From positions 1 through 64,000 of the forward strand of contig JACRKZ010000018.1 in NCBI GenBank assembly GCA_016235455.1: DNA of 64,000 nucleotides. Direction: 5' to 3'. The notes beneath the pieces were generated by a model that ran no database searches, was not told the DNA's origin, and was given only the letters and a program-made list of their open reading frames with translations. Shown here one piece after another: positions 56,215-64,000 of this stretch (position 1 is the stretch's first letter; each line of letters opens with the position of its first letter). The position numbers and the translations under genes were made by a program. The DNA is from Armatimonadota bacterium. Its GTDB lineage: Bacteria; Armatimonadota; UBA10988.

Positions 56215-58581
56215 TCACCGCGCGCCCGGCAACTCGAAGCGCACCGCCGCGGCGAACGGATGGTGCGGGTTGACGACGTACGCCGTCGGCCAGTCGACTT
56301 CGTGCGGTCCATCGGCGCCGGGCCCCGCGAAGTGCGTCAGGTCGAGCACCAACGGCTTCGCGGCCGGCTTCGACAGGCCGGCCGCGAAGCCGAGCATGTA
56401 CGGATTGAGGTCGGAGCAGGCCTGGTAGCCCCGGTCGTCGATGTAGGCTGAGCGCGCGGCCAAGGCCTCGCGCACCCGGTCGAGCCGGCCCGTCCGGCCG
56501 TAGATGGCGGTGGTCAGCGCGCCGACGAAGTCGCCGGCCTCTTGCGGCACGCCCTTCCACACCAGCCGGCCCTCGCGGTAGCCCACCGTGGCCAGGGCGC
56601 GGTCATAGGCCGCGCGGTAGCGCGGCTCGCCGGTGCTGTCGGCCAGCTTGAGCAGTGCCGACATCATGCGCAGCTGCTGATCAAGCCAGGGGTACGAGCC
56701 GTCGGGCTGCTGCATCGCCAGAATGCGCTCGCCCCAGACCGTCAGCCAGGGCAGCCACTCGCGATGCCCCAGTTCGGCCAGGTAGCGCGGCGCCTCGATC
56801 AGGTTGTACAGCTCGGCGCTGTGGGTGCCCGCCAGGTCCTGGTCGGTGGTCGACTTCATGAGCCGCTGCGCCAGGGCCTCGGCCTCGGCTGCCTCGGGCC
56901 GCTGATGCCGACGCATCAGCCAGGCGGCCGCGGCGATGCCTTCGACGCCCAGCCCGCAGCCGTTCGTCGTCTCCACGGGATCGTAGATGCCGCTGCCCAG
57001 CCGGCCCGTGCGGCCGATGTTCTCAGCGATGGCGCGCGCTGTGGCCAGCCGCTCGGTCTGGCCGGCAAAGGGATAGACCACCAGCCCGACCGGCTGCGTG
57101 CCCGTGTAGTCGAGCAGGACCTGGTCGATCAGCCGGCCGTGCCGACCGCCCGGCTTGAGCGTGAAGCGGATGCGTTCGGGCGCCCGGTCCCAAGCCACCA
57201 GCAAGGCGCGACAGAAGGTCTGCTGGCCGGTGTTGCCACCGCGCAGCAGCAGGTACGGCGCTGCCGGATCGGCCTTTGGTTCGGCCTCGTGCGCCCACTG
57301 CACGCTGCCGTCGGGCAGCATGAGCGCCTCCGGTCCCCACGAGCCTGGCTGGAACCACATGCCGTTGGCGGCCAGACGGCCGACGCGCACTGTCGTCGGC
57401 CCGGCGGGCACGAACTCGAAGCGCGGCGGCCGGTCGGAGTCGCCTGGTGGCACCGTGGTGCGGACCGTGGCACCGATCGCGCCCACCGCCGCCACCGTCC
57501 GCGCGGTGTCGAGTTTGTGCACGAGGGTCAGATCGGTCGAATCGGCCAGCGGTCGTATGTCCAGCGGCCGCTCGTCGTGCTTGAAGGCCAGCAGGTCCTC
57601 GCCGCCGGGCAGGATGGCGGCGCGGCAGCCGCGGTACAGGCGGCTGGCCAGCTCGGGCCGGCACACGCCGGTGCGCTCCGCCTCCACGGCCAGCGCCGAC
57701 AGCGCGCGTAGTGTGTCGTGCACGAAGTGGATCGGCTGGCGCTCGGCAGCGGTGAACGCCGACAGGTTGTAGCGGTCGTCGAGCAGGCACTGCAGGTAGT
57801 TGCCGGCCAGGGCGTCCATCGCCTCGGGCCGATAGGGCGCGAAGGCACGGTTGGGCCGGGCTGATGGCGGCACCGCGCAGGCCGGTAGCCGCAGGCCCAC
57901 GCGCGCGGCAACGTTCGCCTCGATCGTTTGGACGCCCGGCGGGAGCAGGTGAGTCACGTCGGCCCACCAGCCGCCGTCGTAGGTGTGCGACAGGTCGAGC
58001 GCCCGGCCGTTGAGACGGGCGCTGCTGGCGGCGCGCGGCAGGTACACCGCGAGCTGCTGGCCAGCCCACGAGGCCGGCACTATCACGCGGCCGCCGATGG
58101 GTACGTCGAGCCACAGCGGACCAGGCTGGTCGTCGTGGTAGTAGAGGATCTCCGAGGTCAGGGCACCCCAGCCGTCGTCCTTGTGTTTGTCCTCGAAGCG
58201 CACCAACACGGCGTCAGCCTCGGCAGCGAACGGCGTCAGGTCGACCAGGACGCGTGTCCCCACATATGAGGCCTGGTCCATGTCGGCCACGCGTTGCCAG
58301 TCGGTCTGGCCTTCGGCGCGCGCGGTGATGAGGAACTGCGAGCCCACGCCGATCAGCAGCCAGGCGCGGCGCCCGCGGCCGGGCTCGAAACGGTAGGTGT
58401 AGGCCATGCTCGTCCCGTCGGCGATGCGGGTGAACGGACAGAGCGGGTCGTAGCCGATCTCGCGCAGGGCTGAGTGGTCGTCGACCAGGTAGGCGTTCTC
58501 CTCGGGCGTGCCGGGGCGGATGACCGTGGGCGTCTCGAGCCCGGCGGCGAGGGATAGCAGCAGCGTGAGGCAGGCGAGCAT
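56215..58581 (-). CDS. Large secreted hypothetical protein, possible (alpha/alpha)-barrel C-terminus
   Basis: Signal peptide; VRFEDKHKDDGWGA; ILAMQQPDGSY, LADSTGEPRY. Confidence 0.7.
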   Translation of the reverse strand: MLACLTLLLSLAAGLETPTVIRPGTPEENAYLVDDHSALREIGYDPLCPFTRIADGTSMAYTYRFEPGRGRRAWLLIGVGSQFLITARAEGQTDWQRVADMDQASYVGTRVLVDLTPFAAEADAVLVRFEDKHKDDGWGALTSEILYYHDDQPGPLWLDVPIGGRVIVPASWAGQQLAVYLPRAASSARLNGRALDLSHTYDGGWWADVTHLLPPGVQTIEANVAARVGLRLPACAVPPSARPNRAFAPYRPEAMDALAGNYLQCLLDDRYNLSAFTAAERQPIHFVHDTLRALSALAVEAERTGVCRPELASRLYRGCRAAILPGGEDLLAFKHDERPLDIRPLADSTDLTLVHKLDTARTVAAVGAIGATVRTTVPPGDSDRPPRFEFVPAGPTTVRVGRLAANGMWFQPGSWGPEALMLPDGSVQWAHEAEPKADPAAPYLLLRGGNTGQQTFCRALLVAWDRAPERIRFTLKPGGRHGRLIDQVLLDYTGTQPVGLVVYPFAGQTERLATARAIAENIGRTGRLGSGIYDPVETTNGCGLGVEGIAAAAWLMRRHQRPEAAEAEALAQRLMKSTTDQDLAGTHSAELYNLIEAPRYLAELGHREWLPWLTVWGERILAMQQPDGSYPWLDQQLRMMSALLKLADSTGEPRYRAAYDRALATVGYREGRLVWKGVPQEAGDFVGALTTAIYGRTGRLDRVREALAARSAYIDDRGYQACSDLNPYMLGFAAGLSKPAAKPLVLDLTHFAGPGADGPHEVDWPTAYVVNPHHPFAAAVRFELPGAR

Positions 58582-58692
58582 GGCGTTCCAGCGGCGCCGT
58601 CCCACGGTACGGCGCTCCACGACGCGGCGCTTTGGCCAGCGCCGACAGGAGTCCTTGCCGGCGTGGCCAACCGGTCGTCAGGAGTTCTGCCC

Positions 58693-60201
58693 ATGGTCTC
58701 GCGACGCGGCTTGCTCGCCGGCGCTGGTGCCGCTTTGGCGGCGTCGGCGCTCAGAGCCCAGCCCAAGCAGCCGCTGAACCTGCTGTTCCTGATGACCGAC
58801 CAGCACCATGCCGGTTGGCTGGGCTGCGCTGGGCATCCGCTGGTCAAGACGCCGAACATGGACCGCCTGGCTCGACAGGGCACGCGCTTTGGCAACGCCT
58901 TCGCGCCCGTACCCTACTGCTCACCCACGCGCCTGGCACTGATGACCGGCCGCTATCCCAGCAGCCTGGGCCTGGGCCGCAACCTGACTGAGAACCAGGA
59001 CGCGCTGCGACTGCGCGAGCCCACGCGCACCTATGCCCACCAACTCGCCGATCGCGGCTACCACTGCCACCAGCTCGGCAAGTGGCATCTGGGCGACCCG
59101 ACCGAGCTGACCTGCTACCCGACGCCGGACGCACAGGCTATCACCAACGCTGGTCGCGACGCCCGCCGCGCGGCCGGCGACAAGGCCTTCGACGATGGTC
59201 CTCGGCCCGGCGAGAGCGAGCTGGCCGGCGATGTGTGGTTGCGCCAGCCGGTGGCCGAGGCCCACCGACGATTCCTCGAACAGCCCACGCATCCCGCCCA
59301 AGACGTGGGCGCCATCGGCCGCTCCCGACTGCGGCCCGAGTACCAGCCCGAGCAGGCCATCACCGACCGCTGCCTGGAGTTGATGAAGGCGCACCGGACC
59401 GAGCCGTTCGCCATCACCTGGTCGGTCAGCCCGCCGCATGCGCTGTGGACCGCGCCATCGCCCTATTACGACCAATACGACCCGGCCGCCTTCGAGCTGC
59501 CAGCCACCTGGCGCCAGCCGCCAGAGGCGTGGCGCAACTCGGCCGCGGCGATCATGGGCCGCACCTATGGCGAGGCCGGCCTGCGCGAGTACCTGCGCTG
59601 CTACGCCGCCCAGATCACCTTCATGGATGCGCTGCTCGGCCGGCTGTTGGACCAACTCGACGCGCTGGGCCTCGCGGAGCGCACGCTTGTGGTCTATACC
59701 AGCGACCATGGCAACCTCATGGGCCAGCACGCGATGATGGACAAGACCGTGGGCACCTTCTACGACGACCTGGTGCGCGTGCCGCTGATCATGCGGTTGC
59801 CGGGCGCCATTCCCGCCGGCGCGGTGCGCGATGGCGCGGTCTCGCTGGTCGATCTGCCGCCCACGCTCCTGGGCTACCTGGGCGCGCCGCCGCTGCCCGG
59901 CTGCCATGGCCATGACCTGCGCGGCGTGGTGGACGGCCGCGAGCCGGGCCAGGACACCATCTTCGCCGAGCGCAACGAGCCGCGATCGCCCAACGCCGCG
60001 CGCATGGTGCGCACGCGCGACTGGAAGCTGTGCCTGCTGGGCCGCGGGCGAGGCGAGCTCTACGACCTCGCGCGCGACCCCGACGAGACAACCAACCTGT
60101 TCGATGACCCCGCCCGTGCACCCGTCGTGTCGGACCTGACCCGGCGGCTGCGCGACCATGCCAAGGCGGTGGGCGATCCAGCCGCCGTGGCCAGCGCGTG
60201 A
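58693..60201 (+). CDS. Tat-exported Cys-type sulfatase
   Basis: SRRGLL Tat motif; MTDQH, CSPTR, GKWHL, SDHG. Confidence 0.9.
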   Translation: MVSRRGLLAGAGAALAASALRAQPKQPLNLLFLMTDQHHAGWLGCAGHPLVKTPNMDRLARQGTRFGNAFAPVPYCSPTRLALMTGRYPSSLGLGRNLTENQDALRLREPTRTYAHQLADRGYHCHQLGKWHLGDPTELTCYPTPDAQAITNAGRDARRAAGDKAFDDGPRPGESELAGDVWLRQPVAEAHRRFLEQPTHPAQDVGAIGRSRLRPEYQPEQAITDRCLELMKAHRTEPFAITWSVSPPHALWTAPSPYYDQYDPAAFELPATWRQPPEAWRNSAAAIMGRTYGEAGLREYLRCYAAQITFMDALLGRLLDQLDALGLAERTLVVYTSDHGNLMGQHAMMDKTVGTFYDDLVRVPLIMRLPGAIPAGAVRDGAVSLVDLPPTLLGYLGAPPLPGCHGHDLRGVVDGREPGQDTIFAERNEPRSPNAARMVRTRDWKLCLLGRGRGELYDLARDPDETTNLFDDPARAPVVSDLTRRLRDHAKAVGDPAAVASA

Positions 60202-60230
60202 CTTACAATGGTGGGAAAGTGAGACTGCCG

Positions 60231-61454
60231 ATGCGTCACTCCGTGCTCTTCCTGGTGTTGGCCGCGGCGACCGCGTGCCTGGGCGCCGACGCCGTGACCG
60301 AGCTCAAGGCCTGGCTGGCCAAGCCCGCCGCCAGCCGCGCGCCGCTTGGCGACCAGGCCTTCGCCGGAGCGCCGTTGACCAAGACCCAGGCCGACGCCGC
60401 TCAGGCACTGCTGTGGGCCGACCATGTGGCCACCTTCCGCCGCGACCGAGCCGCCGAGGTGACCGCGCGCGCACTCCGCGAGGGCGACCTGGTCATGCCC
60501 TTCTTCTACAGCCTGCACGGCAAGAAGCCGGCCGGCGGGCGCAGTCTGTTCGTCTCCATGCACGGCGGCGGCGGCGCGCCCAAGGCGGTCAATGACCAGC
60601 AGTACGAGAACCAGAAGGCGCTCTACGCCCCGGAGGAAGGCGTCTACCTCGCGCCGCGTGCGCCAACCGACACCTGGAACCTGTGGCACGAGGCGCATAT
60701 CGACCGCCTCTTCGACCGGCTCATCCAGAATCTGATCGTCCTGGAGGACGTGAACCCCAACCGCGTCTACCTCATGGGCTACTCGGCCGGTGGTGACGGC
60801 GTCTATCAGCTCGCGCCGCGCATGGCCGACCGCTTCGCGGCGGCGGCCATGATGGCCGGGCATCCCAACGATGCCTCGCCGCTGGGCCTGCGCAACCTGC
60901 CGTTCATTATCCAGGTGGGCGCGCTGGACGACGGCTACAACCGCAACAAGGTGGCTGCCGAGTGGGGCAAGAAGCTCGACGACTTGCAGAAGGCCGACCC
61001 AGCTGGCTACGTGCACGAGACCATCCTGCGCGAAGGCAAGCACCACGGGATGGACCGCGACGACGCCATGGCCGTGCCGTGGATGGCCAAGGCGACCCGC
61101 AGTCCCTTCCCCACGCGCGTCGTCTGGCACCAGTCGGGCACCACGCACCGGCGCTTCTACTGGCTCGCGGTCGATGGTGAACACGCGAAAGCCGGCGCGG
61201 ATGTGGTGGCCAGCTACGACAAGGCCGCCAACACTGTGACCATCGAGTCATCGTCGGTCGACCGCTTGACCGTGCGACTGAGTGACGCCATGGTCAACCT
61301 GAACCGCCCAGTGACGGTGCGGTTCGGCGAGAAGGTGCTCCAGACCGCCTACGCGCCGCGCAGCATCGTGGTCATCGCGCAGACGATGGACGAGTATGGC
61401 GATCCGGCCAGCGTCTGTGCGGCGAGCATCGACCTCACGCTGCCGGGCCGCTAG
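60231..61454 (+). CDS. Secreted alpha/beta hydrolase (PHB-depolymerase-like)
   Basis: Signal peptide; MHGGGG, NRVYLMGYSAGG (GxSxG). Confidence 0.8.
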   Translation: MRHSVLFLVLAAATACLGADAVTELKAWLAKPAASRAPLGDQAFAGAPLTKTQADAAQALLWADHVATFRRDRAAEVTARALREGDLVMPFFYSLHGKKPAGGRSLFVSMHGGGGAPKAVNDQQYENQKALYAPEEGVYLAPRAPTDTWNLWHEAHIDRLFDRLIQNLIVLEDVNPNRVYLMGYSAGGDGVYQLAPRMADRFAAAAMMAGHPNDASPLGLRNLPFIIQVGALDDGYNRNKVAAEWGKKLDDLQKADPAGYVHETILREGKHHGMDRDDAMAVPWMAKATRSPFPTRVVWHQSGTTHRRFYWLAVDGEHAKAGADVVASYDKAANTVTIESSSVDRLTVRLSDAMVNLNRPVTVRFGEKVLQTAYAPRSIVVIAQTMDEYGDPASVCAASIDLTLPGR

Positions 61455-63997
61455 CTGACGGCCAGGTCCAGGGCCTCGTCAGCCGCGAGGCCCCCGCCCT
61501 CGGCCACGTGCGCGACCCAGCGCTCACCCAGCACCGCGCGCGCCGGCGCGAGTGCCTCATCCAGGTCGCGTTGCCAGCGCTCAGGCAGCGGCATGGCCAA
61601 CTCGCGTCGCAGCGCCGTGGCCGCGCCGACCAGCCGTGCCGCGCGCTCAGGCGCACTATCCGCGGCGATCATGGCCAGCCCCTCAAGCACTTCGGGGTAG
61701 CCGGCGCGGTGGCCCAAGGCCACGCGCAGGGCGAGGCTGCGTCGGTACAGTGTCGTCGCCGCCTCGGTGTCGCCACGCCGCAGCGCGAGCAGACCCAAGT
61801 TGGCCAGACCGGCAGCCAGGGTGCCCTGGTCACCTTCCTGCTCGGCGATGGCCACGCTCTCACCCAGCAAGTGCTCGGCGCTGGCCAGGTCGCCGGTGTC
61901 ATAGAGCACGCTGGCCAGGTTGTTGAGCAGCGCGCACTGGACATGCCGGTCGCCCACCTCGGCCGATAGCCGCTGCGTCTCTTCCAGGTATCCGCGGGCC
62001 TCGGCCAGCTCACGCTGGTCGATGGCCAGGATGCCCAGGTTCGCCAGCGCCACCACCTCCCCCCGCCGGTCGCCCAAGTCGCGGTAACAGGCCAACGCTT
62101 CCAGCTGCTGGCCGCGCGCCGCTGGCGCATCGCCCAGCAGACGGCACAGAATGCCCAGCTCGTTGCGGGCACGAGCCCGGTCGAGCGGCGCGCCGCCGTC
62201 ACGCGCCAAGGCCTGCTCCAGTTGCTGCCGGCCCTCGGCCAGCATGCCGCGCGCCGCCCAGTACCAACCCAGCAGGCCGGCCAGCGCCAGGCCCAGCGCG
62301 GCGCCGGCGGAGGCCACGTCGCACCAGGCCAGTGCCGCTCGCAGGTTGTCCTGCTCGTCGTCCAGGCGGCGCAGGCCCTCGTCGCCGCCCATCGGCGGCT
62401 CAGCCCGGCGCGCCAGCTCCAGGCACCAGCCCAGGTGCCGGTCGCGCACTTGCTCGACGCCGCCCTGCTCCAGCAGGCGCTCGGCGGCATACTGCCGCAC
62501 GGTCTCCAGCAAGCGGTCGCGGCCGGTCTCGTCGTCATGCACCACCAACGACTTGTCAACCAGGCCGGCCAGCCGGTCCAGAAGTTCCCAGTCCTCGTCG
62601 CCGTCGCCGCACACCGCCGCCACCGCTTCGAGCGGCCAGCCGCCGGCGAAGACGCTGAGCCGCGCCAGCAGTTGCCGCTCGTCGGCGTCGAGCAGGTCGT
62701 AGCTCCAGTCGATGAGCGCCTGCAGCGTGCGTTGGCGCGGCAAGGCCGTGCGGCTGCCGCCGGTCAGCAGGCGGAAGCGTTGGTCGAGCCGCTGCGCGAG
62801 TTGCGGCAGCGTCATCGAGCGCACGCGCGCCGCGGCGAGCTCCAGCGCCAGCGGGATGCCGTCGAGCCGACGGCAGACCTCCGCCGCCGCCTCACGGTTG
62901 GCCTCGCTCAGCACAAAGCCCGGCGAGACGGCGGCGGCGCGCCGCGCCAGCAGCTCGACCGCCTCATCGAGCCCCAGCGACGGCACCGGATAGGTCACTT
63001 CGCCCGCGATGCCCAATGCCTCGCGACTGGTCACGAGGACCCTGAGCGCCGGGCAGCCGCGCAGCAGCGCCTCGGCCAGCAGGGCCGCCGCATGAATGAC
63101 ATGCTCGCAGTTGTCCAGCACCAGCAGCGCGCTCTGGCCGGCCAGATGCGCGGTCACGGCCGCCAGGGCATCGCGGCCGGGCTCCTCCTTGAGGCCGAGG
63201 CTGGTCGCGACCGCGCCGGCCACCAGGTCGGGATCGGCCACCGCCGCCAGCTCGGTCAGCCAGATGCCATCACCGTCGGCCACCAGTTGCTCGGCGGCCA
63301 CCGCCAGTGCCAGCCGCGTCTTACCCGTGCCGCCGACGCCGGTCAGCGTGACCAGCCGGCCGGCGCGCAGCAGCGACGCCACCTCGTTCAGTTCGCGCTG
63401 GCGGCCCACCAGATCGTCGGCTGGGACAGGCAGGTTGTTGGGCACCTCGTCGAGTGACAGCGGGCGCCGACGATCGTCCGGCAGGTCCGCGTGGACGAGC
63501 TGAAAGATGCGCTCGGGCAGGCGGAAGTCGCGCAGCCGGTGCCGACCCAGATCACGCAAGGTCACACCATCGGGTGGCACGGCGGGCACCGCCAGCTCCG
63601 CCAGCAGCACCTGGTCACCTTGAGCCACGGCCAGCAAGCGAGCGGCCCGGTTGAGCGGGCTGCCGAAGTAGTCGCCGTCGCGCAGTTCCGCCGGGCCGCG
63701 GCTCAGCGCCATGCGCGTGGGTAGTTCCAGGCCGTCGGGCCAGACCACGGCGCGGAGCGCGCGCTGTCCGTCGAGCGCGGCGCGAAGCGCATCGGCCGGC
63801 TCCGTGAACGCGGCGCAGAGCCCGTCGCCCAGCGTCTTGAAGACAATGCCACCAGCCGCCTCCACGGCCTGGCGCAAACGGGCCTCATGCTCGGGCAGGG
63901 CGGCGGCCATGGCCTGAGCGTGCGACTCCCAGAGCCGCGTGGAGCCCTGGATGTCGGTGAACAGAAAGGTCACCTCGCTGTCAGCATGGCCAGCCAT
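61451..63997 (-). CDS. Class III nucleotide cyclase + STAND (NB-ARC-like) ATPase + TPR protein
   Basis: FLFTDIQGST, GDG, DYFGSPLNRAARL; GVGGTGKT; LLVLDNCE; C-terminal TPRs. Confidence 0.9.
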   Translation of the reverse strand: MAGHADSEVTFLFTDIQGSTRLWESHAQAMAAALPEHEARLRQAVEAAGGIVFKTLGDGLCAAFTEPADALRAALDGQRALRAVVWPDGLELPTRMALSRGPAELRDGDYFGSPLNRAARLLAVAQGDQVLLAELAVPAVPPDGVTLRDLGRHRLRDFRLPERIFQLVHADLPDDRRRPLSLDEVPNNLPVPADDLVGRQRELNEVASLLRAGRLVTLTGVGGTGKTRLALAVAAEQLVADGDGIWLTELAAVADPDLVAGAVATSLGLKEEPGRDALAAVTAHLAGQSALLVLDNCEHVIHAAALLAEALLRGCPALRVLVTSREALGIAGEVTYPVPSLGLDEAVELLARRAAAVSPGFVLSEANREAAAEVCRRLDGIPLALELAAARVRSMTLPQLAQRLDQRFRLLTGGSRTALPRQRTLQALIDWSYDLLDADERQLLARLSVFAGGWPLEAVAAVCGDGDEDWELLDRLAGLVDKSLVVHDDETGRDRLLETVRQYAAERLLEQGGVEQVRDRHLGWCLELARRAEPPMGGDEGLRRLDDEQDNLRAALAWCDVASAGAALGLALAGLLGWYWAARGMLAEGRQQLEQALARDGGAPLDRARARNELGILCRLLGDAPAARGQQLEALACYRDLGDRRGEVVALANLGILAIDQRELAEARGYLEETQRLSAEVGDRHVQCALLNNLASVLYDTGDLASAEHLLGESVAIAEQEGDQGTLAAGLANLGLLALRRGDTEAATTLYRRSLALRVALGHRAGYPEVLEGLAMIAADSAPERAARLVGAATALRRELAMPLPERWQRDLDEALAPARAVLGERWVAHVAEGGGLAADEALDLAVS

Positions 63998-64000
63998 GCC

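Noticed and set aside
1-64000. CRISPR array, rRNA, IS transposase or prophage genes
   Set aside because: No regularly spaced repeats or recognisable motifs found by eye

Overview
High-GC bacterial chromosomal window. The gene set is compatible with Armatimonadota or a similar lineage, but this is inference only. It holds about 56 CDSs and two CCA-less tRNAs (Pro-GGG, Arg-TCT), with no integrase, transposase, rRNA or CRISPR array. Housekeeping content includes a ytfQR-like sugar ABC system, bshC, gpsA, pduO, two tandem amt genes, RNase Z, tldD, hpnCDE, a ferredoxin, a Tat sulfatase and a cyclase-STAND-TPR protein. The most notable items are: (1) four tandem secreted serpins with mosaic shared segments and four different reactive-centre loops; (2) a 1574-aa degenerate-M28/FtsX membrane fusion paired with an OPT-like transporter and no adjacent ATPase; (3) a translationally coupled kinase-FHA / pseudokinase-PP2C / vWA / ZnR-FHA / kinase operon between the two tRNAs; (4) a PhnP-like gene that appears to need an ATC start codon, next to overlapping divergent -10 elements; (5) a palindromic repeat inside a radical-SAM ORF; (6) a GNAT gene broken by a frameshifting deletion. 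All product calls come from motif recognition by eye; no database search was run.
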